Source of the DNA: Gemmatimonadota bacterium
Lineage (GTDB): Bacteria > Gemmatimonadota > Gemmatimonadetes > Longimicrobiales > Gaopeijiaceae
Length of the DNA: 64,000 bases
Assembly: GCA_034521595.1 (NCBI GenBank)
Contig: JAXHMG010000003.1
Location: 704,001-768,000 of the forward strand
Reading direction: 5' to 3'
Shown: positions 9,809 to 18,572 of the stretch, in pieces
Layout: each line of letters begins with the position of its first letter
How positions within the stretch are numbered: the first letter of the stretch is position 1
Notes under the pieces: generated by a model
What the model was told of the DNA's origin: nothing
Databases searched by the model: none
Seen by the model: only the letters and a program-made list of their open reading frames with translations
Position numbers and translations under genes: made by a program

Positions 9809-10803
9809 GCGGGCGGTGGGTCGTCGGGGTCGACATCGGCGGCACCAACCTGGTCGTAGGCGTCGTACCGCTGACCGGAGGTGCCCCCGAGAGCCTGCGG
9901 AGCGGCCCGACCCGAGTGGCGGATGGTCCCGACGCGGCCGTGATGGATATCGCGCGAATGGCCGAATCGGCGATCACCGAGACACTCGAGCGACAGGGGG
10001 GCACGCGTGACGACGTCATCGGGGTCGGCATCGGCTGTCCGGGGCCGCTCGACCTGGCGCGCGGCGTGGTGGTGAGAACGCCCAACCTCGGCTGGGCCGA
10101 CTATCCCGTCCGGGACCGGATATCGGAGGCGCTCGAGCTCCCCGCTACGCTGGACAACGACGCGAATTGTGCAACGTACGGGGAGTGGTGGATGGGGGCC
10201 GGCCGCGGCGTCAGCTCGCTCGTCGGGATCACGTTGGGGACCGGCATCGGGGGTGGGGTCATCCTCGACGGACAGCTCGTGCGGGGTGCCTCCGGATGTG
10301 CGGGAGAGATCGGGCACATGAGCATCGACCTGAACGGGCGGCGATGTGCCTGTGGAAATCTCGGATGCCTGGAGGCCTACGCTTCCGGACCGAACATCGC
10401 CGCCCGGGCCAAGCAGGGTGTGGAGGCGGGCCGTTCCTCTTGCATTCCCGACCTCGTAGATGGTGACCTCTCGCGGGTCACCGCCCGGACCGTGTACGAG
10501 GCTATCCTGGCCGGGGATGAGCACGCTCGCGAGGTCATGGCGGAGACCGCGAAGTTCCTCGGGGCGGGCATCGCCAATGTCGTCAACGTGCTGAACCCCG
10601 AGCGTGTGGTCGTGGTGGGTGGAGTGACGCGGGCCGGAGAGCACCTGTTCGGTCCACTGCGCTCGGAGATCCGCCAGCGTGCGTTCGATGCGGCGGCGCG
10701 GGCTTGCACGATCGTTCCGGGTGAGCTTCCGGATACTTCCGGCGTGATCGGAGCGGTCGGGGTCTTCGCTGAGGAGACGTCCGAACGTGAGGTGGGTTCA
10801 TGA
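9805..10803 (+). CDS. ROK family sugar kinase (glucokinase-like)
   Basis: GVDIGGTN, DNDANCA, TLGTGIGGG, GEIGHM, CACGNLGCLEAY; GTGA overlap with waaF stop. Confidence 0.9.
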   Translation: MSGRWVVGVDIGGTNLVVGVVPLTGGAPESLRSGPTRVADGPDAAVMDIARMAESAITETLERQGGTRDDVIGVGIGCPGPLDLARGVVVRTPNLGWADYPVRDRISEALELPATLDNDANCATYGEWWMGAGRGVSSLVGITLGTGIGGGVILDGQLVRGASGCAGEIGHMSIDLNGRRCACGNLGCLEAYASGPNIAARAKQGVEAGRSSCIPDLVDGDLSRVTARTVYEAILAGDEHAREVMAETAKFLGAGIANVVNVLNPERVVVVGGVTRAGEHLFGPLRSEIRQRAFDAAARACTIVPGELPDTSGVIGAVGVFAEETSEREVGS

Positions 10804-11804
10804 CGGAACGGGACGACTCGACCGGGCGGGTGCTGGGTGTGATCGGCACCCTCGTCTGGGATCGCATATACGACCGTGACGGCCGTTCCGCGCCGGTGGA
10901 AGAGTGGGGCGGCATCACATACGCGCTTCAGGCCGTGAGCGCGGCTTTGCCCGAGGGCTGGCGGATCCTCCCCATCCTGAAGGTCGGGCGTGATCTCGCC
11001 GAAGAGGGGCGGCGGTTCCTGCTGGAGATTCCCCGGGTGGACGCGGATGCGGTCGTCGTGGTTCCGGAGGCCAACAACCGGGTGGAGCTGCGCTACCGAG
11101 ACGGGGGACGGCGCACGGAACAGCTCGAGGGGGGCGTGCCGCCGTGGTCTTGGCCCGAGCTGTCACCCCTGACCGAGCTCTGTGATGCCCTCTACGTGAA
11201 CTTCATCTCGGGGTTCGAGATGGAGCTCGGGACGGCCCGTGCTTTGCGCGTGGGATATGGTGGCCCCATGTACGCCGACCTTCATTCGCTCTTTCTCGAG
11301 ATGGCACCGTCGGGGATGCGCATCCCGCGGCCGCTGGAGGCTTGGGCTAGCTGGCTCCGGTGCTTCGACGCCGTGCAGATGAACGAGGACGAATTCGACA
11401 TGCTCGGAGATACGGGCGATCCTTGGCGTCTGGCCGCGGATGCGATGGGGCCGGATCTCGAGCTGCTCATGGTGACCCTCGGTGACCGCGGAGCCGCGTA
11501 CGTCGTGAGCGAGAGCTTCGCGCCCGATCCCATGACCTGGAGAGCCGGTGAGACGCTGGCGCGGACACCGAGATCGCGGAGCGGGCGCGTGTCCGTGGAG
11601 TACCCGGTGAGCACCGGCGACCCCACCGGCTGTGGAGATGTTTGGGGTGGTGCCGTTTTCGCCCGGCTCTTGGCCGGTGATGGGTTGGATGAGGCCATGA
11701 GCGAAGCGAATCGGCTGGCGGCGCTGAATGCGGCGCACCGGGGCGCACGAGGGCTGTTTCGGCACCTGACGGGCCGGCTTTCCTACATCGAGGAGCGCTC
11801 GTGA
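10800..11804 (+). CDS. PfkB/ribokinase-family carbohydrate kinase
   Basis: WGG near N-terminus, QMNEDE, VTLGDRGA, GDPTGCGDVWGGA anion-hole motif. Confidence 0.8.
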   Translation: MTERDDSTGRVLGVIGTLVWDRIYDRDGRSAPVEEWGGITYALQAVSAALPEGWRILPILKVGRDLAEEGRRFLLEIPRVDADAVVVVPEANNRVELRYRDGGRRTEQLEGGVPPWSWPELSPLTELCDALYVNFISGFEMELGTARALRVGYGGPMYADLHSLFLEMAPSGMRIPRPLEAWASWLRCFDAVQMNEDEFDMLGDTGDPWRLAADAMGPDLELLMVTLGDRGAAYVVSESFAPDPMTWRAGETLARTPRSRSGRVSVEYPVSTGDPTGCGDVWGGAVFARLLAGDGLDEAMSEANRLAALNAAHRGARGLFRHLTGRLSYIEERS

Positions 11805-12688
11805 ACGTCGTTCCGGTTCCCGATTCACTCGATCAGCAAACCGTCGACGAGTTCTTCGACGACGTCGCGCGCGCGGAGGTCGGAAAGACGTTGTTCGATG
11901 CGCGGCACGTGCGGTGGGTCGACCCCAACGGGATGGTGGCGCTGCTGGTCGCCGGGACGCTCGTGGCCCGACGCGTGGGCGAGCGCCCGAGGCTCGAGCC
12001 GCCGGAGAATGTCGATGTGGGTGGCTACCTGTCGCGAATGGGCTTCTTCGAAGAGGCGCGCGGGATCTTCGGACTGCCGGAGAAGGCGGCGCGGCGCTCG
12101 GGGGCCGGGAGCTCGGATGTCCTGTTGGAGATCACACGCGTCGCCGCGAACGCGGATGTCCACGCCGTCGTGGACCGTGTGCAGCGCGGAGCGGGGGAGA
12201 TCCTCTCCTCCCGCCTCGGGTATCCGTCGAGCGCCGTCGTCCAGTTTTCCGTCATCCTCTCGGAGGTGTGCCAGAACATCCTGGAGCATGCGGACGCGGA
12301 AGGATGGGTGGCGGCCCAGGCCTACAACTGGGCGAGGAGGCTCGGGAGGCACGTGGTGGTGATCTCGGTGATGGATGTGGGCCGGGGATTCCGGAGCTCG
12401 CTCGGCGATCAGCACTCGACGCGCTACGGAGATCGTTGGGGGGACGCGACCGCTCTGGAGGCCGCTTTCCTCCACGGCCTCACCCGATTCCCGGATTCGG
12501 GGCGTGGGCAGGGCATTCAGCAGATCCGTCGACAGGTTCAGCGGTGGAACGGAGCCATCTCGCTGCGGAGTGGAACCGCTCGCATTGCCCAGGTACCCAC
12601 GTGGGACGACAGTCCGCCCATGATCGAGCAGCTCGAGCCCTTTCCGGGGGCGCAGATCGGGATCGTTCTGCCCGCGCGGGAAGGATGA
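11801..12688 (+). CDS. STAS-like + HATPase_c (GHKL) ATP-binding protein, anti-sigma-kinase-like
   Basis: N-terminal LFDARHVRWVDPNGMVAL; N-box SEVCQNILEHA; G1 VMDVGRGF; G2 GRGQGI. Confidence 0.75.
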   Translation: MNVVPVPDSLDQQTVDEFFDDVARAEVGKTLFDARHVRWVDPNGMVALLVAGTLVARRVGERPRLEPPENVDVGGYLSRMGFFEEARGIFGLPEKAARRSGAGSSDVLLEITRVAANADVHAVVDRVQRGAGEILSSRLGYPSSAVVQFSVILSEVCQNILEHADAEGWVAAQAYNWARRLGRHVVVISVMDVGRGFRSSLGDQHSTRYGDRWGDATALEAAFLHGLTRFPDSGRGQGIQQIRRQVQRWNGAISLRSGTARIAQVPTWDDSPPMIEQLEPFPGAQIGIVLPAREG

Positions 12689-13272
12689 GCGACCTTCCGC
12701 TCGATCCGATCGCGATCGACGTGGGGCGGGTGCTCCAGCACACCGAGACCTCGCTCTGCGCGAACCTGGTGACCCGCCCGACCGGGCGGGCCGTGCGCGT
12801 CGCGATCGAAACCCGGCTGCGGACCGCGGGCGCGTCCTCGCTCTCCCTGATCGATTTCTCCGAGGTCCGGATTCTCGATTTTTCCTGTGCGGACGAAGTC
12901 GTCGCGAAGCTCTTGCAACGGTACGTGGATCCGACCGGACCGGAGGCTTTCTTCGTCTTTCGGGGGATCCACGAGCCACATCGGGACCAGGTGGAGTACG
13001 TTCTGCGGCGTCAGGGTCTCCTCGCGGTGGCGGAGACGGCCCCGTCGCGCTTCGAGCTTCTGGGCGACCGCACGGGTCCGGAGGAGCGTGTATGGGGCGG
13101 CTTGGAGCGGCTCGGCCTTGTGCCGCCGCCGCTCGTGCGGGAGGCCGCAGGGTCGGTGCCGCAGCTCGACTCCCAAGTATTGGAGGCCCTGGTACGACGT
13201 CGGGTGGCGTTCCGAAGCCCCGTGTCGGGTCGTATCCATGCGCTGAGCCAGCTCGTGCGGCACCTTTTGTGA
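12685..13272 (+). CDS. STAS-like (DUF4325-like) protein with possible C-terminal winged helix
   Basis: NLVTRPTGRAVR...LIDFSEVRILDFSCADEVVAKL; ATGA overlap with the upstream gene. Confidence 0.65.
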   Translation: MSDLPLDPIAIDVGRVLQHTETSLCANLVTRPTGRAVRVAIETRLRTAGASSLSLIDFSEVRILDFSCADEVVAKLLQRYVDPTGPEAFFVFRGIHEPHRDQVEYVLRRQGLLAVAETAPSRFELLGDRTGPEERVWGGLERLGLVPPPLVREAAGSVPQLDSQVLEALVRRRVAFRSPVSGRIHALSQLVRHLL

Positions 13273-13321
13273 TGCGGCGCTCCGCGCCACCGATCAACTA
13301 CGAGTTCACGAGGAAGGATGC

Positions 13322-14473
13322 ATGACCAGAGAGCTGCGGCCGGCCACCCTGGCCATCCATGAGGGAGAAGGCGCGCGCGCACCCGGTGCTCCAGTGGCGC
13401 CTCCCATCGTGCAAAGCGCCACGTTCATGTGGTCCGAGCCCGACGACGGGGAGCTTCTGTACAGCCGCTATGGCAACAATCCGAACCAGAGGCAAGTCGC
13501 CCGGAAAGTCGCGTCGCTGGAGGGTTTGGAAGCCTCGGCGGCGCTGGGGAGTGGGATGGCCGCCACGGCCATGACGTTCCTGGCCCTCCTCGATGCGGGG
13601 GATCACGTGGTCGCGTCGTCTCACCTCTACGGTGCGACGCGGACGCTGCTGGCTTCCGAGCTTCCGCGTCGTGGGATCGACACCACCTTCGTCGACCCTT
13701 TCGAGGAAGACTGGGCCGGTGCCGTGGAGCCGCGTACCCGGGTGATCTTTCTGGAGATGCCGACCAACCCGACGCTTCGCATTCCGGATCCGCGGCCCGT
13801 CGTGGCATTGGCGAAGGAACGGGGCCTCACCGTGGTGTGCGATGCCACTTTCGCATCTCCCGTGAATTTCCGTGCTTCGTCCTCGGGGATCGACATCGTG
13901 ATCCAGAGTGCGACGAAGTATTTGGGAGGTCACTCGGACTTGATCGCGGGCGTCGTCTCCGGTCCCGGGCACGTCGTCGAGCGCATCGAGGCGATGGCCC
14001 ATCTCTACGGTCCCGCGCTCGACCCTCACGCGGCGTGGCTGCTGGACCGGGGGCTCCGAACGTTGGAGGTCCGGGTGGAGCGCCACAACCGTAACGCGAT
14101 GGAGCTCGCTCGCTGGCTCGAGGGGCGGGAGGAAGTCTCGCGCGTCGTCTATCCGGGCTTGCCATCGCATCCCGACCACGAAACGGCGCGAACCCTGTTC
14201 AACGGATTCGGTGGCATGGTGGGAATCGTGCTCGACGGGGGAGCCGATGCCGCCGACGCGCTCATGCGGCGGCTCGAGCTCGCGTTTCCCGCGCCGAGTC
14301 TGGGGGGCGTGGAGACTTTGGTCTCACAGCCGAGGCACACATCCCATCGTTCGATGACGTCCGCCGAGAGGGCGGCTCAAGGAATACCCGACGGGTTCGT
14401 GCGGATCAGCGTGGGGCTCGAGGATCCGAGAGACCTCAGCGCGGATCTCGAGCAGGCATTACGGGGAGGCTGA
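13322..14473 (+). CDS. PLP-dependent trans-sulfuration enzyme (Cys/Met metabolism; methionine gamma-lyase/cystathionine synthase-like)
   Basis: YSRYGNNPN, SGMAA, EMPTNP, QSATKYLGGHSD, SLGGVETL, RISVGLED. Confidence 0.92.
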   Translation: MTRELRPATLAIHEGEGARAPGAPVAPPIVQSATFMWSEPDDGELLYSRYGNNPNQRQVARKVASLEGLEASAALGSGMAATAMTFLALLDAGDHVVASSHLYGATRTLLASELPRRGIDTTFVDPFEEDWAGAVEPRTRVIFLEMPTNPTLRIPDPRPVVALAKERGLTVVCDATFASPVNFRASSSGIDIVIQSATKYLGGHSDLIAGVVSGPGHVVERIEAMAHLYGPALDPHAAWLLDRGLRTLEVRVERHNRNAMELARWLEGREEVSRVVYPGLPSHPDHETARTLFNGFGGMVGIVLDGGADAADALMRRLELAFPAPSLGGVETLVSQPRHTSHRSMTSAERAAQGIPDGFVRISVGLEDPRDLSADLEQALRGG

Positions 14474-14485
14474 GCTCGGCGTCGG

Positions 14486-14515
14486 TTGACGCGACGTCCG
14501 CCGCTCGCGTACCTT
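14486..14515 (+). promoter_or_regulatory. Putative sigma70 promoter of the nifU remnant-mrp unit
   Basis: TTGACG-N18-TACCTT followed by GGAG. Confidence 0.5.
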
Positions 14516-14538
14516 CGACCGGCTCCCCCGGAGACGAC

Positions 14539-14693
14539 ACGGCACCGATCGCTGAGGCGCGAGCGGTGTCGTGCGAGTCAAGCCGTCGGGGGCGTGTGAA
14601 TCCTGTCCGATTTCCATGCGGACGCTGAAGGAAGGCATCGAGCGCCGGCTCAAGGAGTCGGTGCCTCAAGTCTCGTCCGTCGAGGCAACCTAG
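14539..14693 (+). pseudogene. NifU/NfuA-like Fe-S carrier remnant (N-terminal half missing, frameshifted)
   Basis: Frame ending at TAG 14691-93 reads SGVVRVKPSGACESCPISMRTLKEGIERRLKESVPQVSSVEAT (NifU C-terminal CxxC); in-frame TGA at 14553; the RPxLxxDGGDVEL half is absent. Confidence 0.7.
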
Positions 14694-14724
14694 ACCTTCC
14701 CGCGTCCGCTTACCGGTTCCAATC

Positions 14725-15840
14725 ATGAATGTCGACGAGCTGAAGCGCTCGGTTACCTCCACGCTGTCCCGTATCCCACATCCGGGTTCCGGCAAAGACC
14801 TGATTTCCGGAGGGCACGTCGAGGATTTGGAGGTCGATGACGCGGGGTCGGTCCGATTCAGCTTCTCCCTGGGGCCGGAGGACTCCGGCGACCTGGTGAA
14901 GCAGGCGCGGGCCGCTCTCGAAGAGCTCGACGGCGTGAGCGAGGTGAAGATCAACGTCCAGCTCCCCCAGATGGCTCCGTCGGGGGGAGGGGGGCAACAA
15001 GAGGGGGGCGGTGGGCTCAAGCCTGGCTCCGTTCCCGCGCCGACGCCGAAGCCCGGGGTCTTGTCGGAGGTCGGTCATGTCGTGGCCGTGAGCTCCGGCA
15101 AAGGGGGAGTGGGCAAATCGATGGTGGCCGCCAACGTGGCTGCCGCGCTGGCAGGGGCGGGTCTGCGCGTGGGGCTCCTCGATGCCGACATATACGGGCC
15201 GAACATACCCCTCATGTTCGGCGCCCAGGGCCGTCCCGAAGTCTCCGGCTCCAAGGGCAAGGAGATGATCGAGCCGCTGGAAGTGCATGGCGTCAGACTC
15301 ATGAGCCTCGGCTTCCTGCTCGAAGAGGATCAGCCCGCCATCATGCGAGGGCCGCTGGTCTCGGGCATCCTCAAGCAGTTCCTCGAGCAGGTCGACTGGG
15401 GGGCGCTCGACGTGATGGTCGTCGACATGCCGCCCGGGACGGGAGACGCGCAGCTTTCCCTGGTCCAGACCATCGACCTGGACGGAGCGATCATGGTCAC
15501 GACCCCTCAGAAGGTCGCCACGGGCGACGTGCGTCGGGGGGTGAAGATGTTCGAGCGGGTGAACACGCGCGTGCTCGGGATCGTGGAGAACATGAGCGGG
15601 CTGGCGTGTCCGGGGTGCGGCGAAGTCGTTGACGTGTTCGGATCGGGAGGCGGCGAGGACCTCGCCCGCACTCTCGAGCTACCGTTCCTCGGTCGCGTGC
15701 CGCTCGACCCCGCGGTTTCGCAGGCGGGAGACGGCGGTACGCCCACGGTGGCCTCGGCGCCGGAATCGCCTGCGGGCTCCGCCTTGATTGCTGTCGCACG
15801 TAAGGTGGAGGAGTCTCTCGGCGTTACCGCGCCACGCTGA
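14725..15840 (+). CDS. mrp: Mrp/ApbC/NBP35 Fe-S cluster carrier ATPase
   Basis: VSSGKGGVGKS, DADIYGPN, DMPPGTGD, ENMS..CPGC; N-terminal DUF59-like domain. Confidence 0.95.
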   Translation: MNVDELKRSVTSTLSRIPHPGSGKDLISGGHVEDLEVDDAGSVRFSFSLGPEDSGDLVKQARAALEELDGVSEVKINVQLPQMAPSGGGGQQEGGGGLKPGSVPAPTPKPGVLSEVGHVVAVSSGKGGVGKSMVAANVAAALAGAGLRVGLLDADIYGPNIPLMFGAQGRPEVSGSKGKEMIEPLEVHGVRLMSLGFLLEEDQPAIMRGPLVSGILKQFLEQVDWGALDVMVVDMPPGTGDAQLSLVQTIDLDGAIMVTTPQKVATGDVRRGVKMFERVNTRVLGIVENMSGLACPGCGEVVDVFGSGGGEDLARTLELPFLGRVPLDPAVSQAGDGGTPTVASAPESPAGSALIAVARKVEESLGVTAPR

Positions 15841-15873
15841 CCGTCGGGAGCCGGGAGCGTCCGCCACGGGCGG

Positions 15874-16113
15874 TCAATCCCCTTCCAACCACCGGCGGTC
15901 CGAGTCCGAAAGGGCGCCATCGTCCCCCCGACTCTTCTGCACGAGCTTCACGACGACCCAACCCACCAGGAGGACGGGCGCGATCTTGAACAGCAGGAAG
16001 GTCGCGAGGCCGAACGTCAGCGAGAACACGGTGCCGATGAGCCCCAGGACGATGCCCGCCACGACGAGTGTGAGCAGGCCGACGGCAAAGAACGTGAGTA
16101 GTGAGCCTAACAT
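15874..16113 (-). CDS. Small membrane protein, hypothetical
   Basis: 79 aa, two hydrophobic helices, GGAG RBS, last gene of the ECF operon. Confidence 0.75.
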   Translation of the reverse strand: MLGSLLTFFAVGLLTLVVAGIVLGLIGTVFSLTFGLATFLLFKIAPVLLVGWVVVKLVQKSRGDDGALSDSDRRWLEGD

Positions 16114-16138
16114 GGTGTTCTCCAGATCATCCTGAACG

Positions 16139-17002
16139 TCATTGAATCCAGACCACCCGAACGCTACCGAACGCTGCGTTCAGGTTGATCGTGAGCTTAC
16201 GGTCCGCTTCCTCCCAGTCCAGCGAATAGTACGAATCTCCCCGCTTGACCAGACCTTCCGGGTCGAACGAGGTGAGGAAGCTTTCTTTCCGGACCCGAAC
16301 TCCGAGGCCCTCGGGGATCCTCAACTCCAACGCCCCGACTCCCATGTCGATGCCTAAGCGGGCCTCGGTCGGCCACGCTCCCTCGAGCCCGAGCACGACC
16401 TTTCCGACACCGGCGTGGACCTCGGTTCGTTCGGCGCGGAGGTTCCCGAGGTTGGACACCGTGAAGTCGGCCGCGCCGACCTCGAACTCGGCACGGCCCA
16501 TCTGCCGTGGATTCGGTGCGGAGATATCGATCCGGGACTCCGACGCTCCGGTCGAGAGCTCGAGGTCGGTCAGGGCGAGTCCCCCGAGATCCACGTTCGC
16601 CTTGACTGCTCCGAAGTCGAGATCCAGGTCCATTGGAACCCCGCGGGCGAGCTCCAGCTCCATCGAGCCGCCGTCCTCGGAGCCGCCCCAGAAAAGCCGG
16701 TGCGTCCCCCCTTCGAGCGCGATGCGGAGCCGCTCGCCCGTGTATTCCGTGACGGGTTCGAACTTGTCCTCGTCGTACCGGAGCGCCATGCGATACAAGA
16801 CGTCGTCGTCCGTTCCCCGAAGCGAAAACGTCCCGACTCCGTAGGCGATCTCGGCGCGTAGGGGCCCGGCGCCTTCGAGCTTTCGCGACATCGTGATCTC
16901 GCGCCAGCTCTGAGCTGCCGCCTCGGCGGTCGAGGTGACCCCGACGAGTGCACAGGCCGTCAGGCCCAAGAGTAGCTTGGTCGCCTTCTTTCCCTCAAAC
17001 AT
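16139..17002 (-). CDS. Secreted beta-solenoid protein (toast-rack/DUF2154/LiaF-like)
   Basis: Signal peptide; repeated units LDLDFGAVKANVDLGGL, LELSTGASESRIDI, FEVGAADFTV, IDMGVGALELRIP; C-terminal NAAFGSVRV. Confidence 0.7.
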   Translation of the reverse strand: MFEGKKATKLLLGLTACALVGVTSTAEAAAQSWREITMSRKLEGAGPLRAEIAYGVGTFSLRGTDDDVLYRMALRYDEDKFEPVTEYTGERLRIALEGGTHRLFWGGSEDGGSMELELARGVPMDLDLDFGAVKANVDLGGLALTDLELSTGASESRIDISAPNPRQMGRAEFEVGAADFTVSNLGNLRAERTEVHAGVGKVVLGLEGAWPTEARLGIDMGVGALELRIPEGLGVRVRKESFLTSFDPEGLVKRGDSYYSLDWEEADRKLTINLNAAFGSVRVVWIQ

Positions 17003-18572
17003 CGGAGCTCCTCCTCGCGTCGTCTTCATCCGGGTCCATGCCCATCGCCGAGGCCCAGGCCTCGTCGGGATCCATGGCCCGATACTCCCGACGCCGGCCA
17101 CCCCGGGTGAGGATCACCGCTCCGAAGCCGACCTGGATCGCGAAGAAGGTGAGCACGCCACCGACGAAGACGAGCAGGCCCGACAGGAATCCGAAGAAGG
17201 GGAGGATCGATACCATGTCGGCGATCACGAATGCCAGGACCAGGCCGATGAGTCCCGCGATGATCGTGTGTACCGGGTTGCTCACGCGCACCCAATCGGT
17301 CCATGCGTAGCCGCTGTCGGCGAGCCACTCCCCGGCGTTCTTCGCTACCGCCAGGTAGCCGAACAACCCGGCGACGACGACCGCGGCCGGGAAGAGTGGC
17401 AGCCAGACGAGCGCCACGGGAATGCCGACGATCGACACGACCAGCGCGACCGCCCCGAGAATCCATACGGGAATGAGGAGGAAGGTGCCCGCGAGGCCGA
17501 CGGCGGTGGCGCGGCCGGGCGCACGGCGGGCGGTCTCGGCCACCAGCTCGAGGTTGTCCCCCGCGAAAGCCACCGCACCCGCTCCGAGGAGGCCGAGAAC
17601 CAACACGATGAACACCTTCTCGATCACGCCCCCGATGCCGCGAACGACGGACTGGAACGGGGCGAAGAAGGAGAATCCGTCGTCCGTGCCGCGCGTGGCG
17701 AGACGGATCTCGTCACGGAGATCGCGACGGATCTCGTCACGGACCTCCGAGCGAATCTGCTCGCGCAGCTCGACGGTTTCGGACCGTTCGTCCTCGAGGA
17801 CGTCGACGACTCCGCCTTCGACCACTCCGACGTTGTGGAGCACGCGGGTGTTGGCAAGGCGTAGCTCACCCGTCACCACGCTTCCTTCGTCGAGTGCTAC
17901 CGAGCCGTCGACCACCACGAGATCGCCACGAATTTCTCCTGCGACCCGCGCCGACCCCCCGATGACGACCGCCGAGCCTTCGACGATCTCGCCCGTCGGG
18001 ACGTCCAGGTCCTCCTCGATATAGACGCTCACCTCCGGCCCGAGGCCCGCCAGCGCCTCTTCGATCACGCTGAGGCGGGCCATGGAGCCGAGAAGGAGGC
18101 GCCGGAGCGCGCTTTCCGGTCCGTTCTGGATCGAGATGGACACACCATCTCCGCCCGGAGTGCTCGCCGCGGGTGACCTGAGCGCTTCCTCGAGCGTCCG
18201 GTCCAGCGCGTCGGCGACTTCCGCGGCTTCACCGGTGAGTGCCGAGGGTGGTGACCAGTCGAGCATCATATCGACGAGCGGTCCGTTCTCCAGCGCGACG
18301 GCCTGGCCGAGGAGCGCGCGCCATGCCGCGTCGAGCTCGCCTCCCGGCTCGAACATGCCCAACTCCGCGCCGTCGACGGTGATGGTCCCGTCGCGGAAGG
18401 CGACCTCGAGCGGGTCGCCCCCGGTGAAGTCGAGCTCCAGCGTGGCTTCGTCGGCCCCGACCGAGACCTGCTTCGCCACGACCTCGCGCACCTGCGCGAG
18501 CCCGTCGGCCGGGAAAGCGACGAGCGCGAGAGCGACCGTCAGAAGGCGGATGAAACCGGATGGGTCACGCAT
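16995..18572 (-). CDS. Membrane protein with polymer-forming (bactofilin-like) beta-helix and multi-TM C-terminus
   Basis: Signal peptide; GEIVEGSAVVIGGSARVAGEIRGDLVVVDGSVALDEGSVVTGEL; about five C-terminal TM helices. Confidence 0.7.
   Translation of the reverse strand: MRDPSGFIRLLTVALALVAFPADGLAQVREVVAKQVSVGADEATLELDFTGGDPLEVAFRDGTITVDGAELGMFEPGGELDAAWRALLGQAVALENGPLVDMMLDWSPPSALTGEAAEVADALDRTLEEALRSPAASTPGGDGVSISIQNGPESALRRLLLGSMARLSVIEEALAGLGPEVSVYIEEDLDVPTGEIVEGSAVVIGGSARVAGEIRGDLVVVDGSVALDEGSVVTGELRLANTRVLHNVGVVEGGVVDVLEDERSETVELREQIRSEVRDEIRRDLRDEIRLATRGTDDGFSFFAPFQSVVRGIGGVIEKVFIVLVLGLLGAGAVAFAGDNLELVAETARRAPGRATAVGLAGTFLLIPVWILGAVALVVSIVGIPVALVWLPLFPAAVVVAGLFGYLAVAKNAGEWLADSGYAWTDWVRVSNPVHTIIAGLIGLVLAFVIADMVSILPFFGFLSGLLVFVGGVLTFFAIQVGFGAVILTRGGRRREYRAMDPDEAWASAMGMDPDEDDARRSSDV

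Noticed and set aside
14553-14555. In-frame TGA within a hairpin upstream of the NifU fragment as possible selenocysteine
   Set aside because: The position does not align to a Cys, the upstream frame is not NifU-like, and the hairpin encloses rather than follows the TGA
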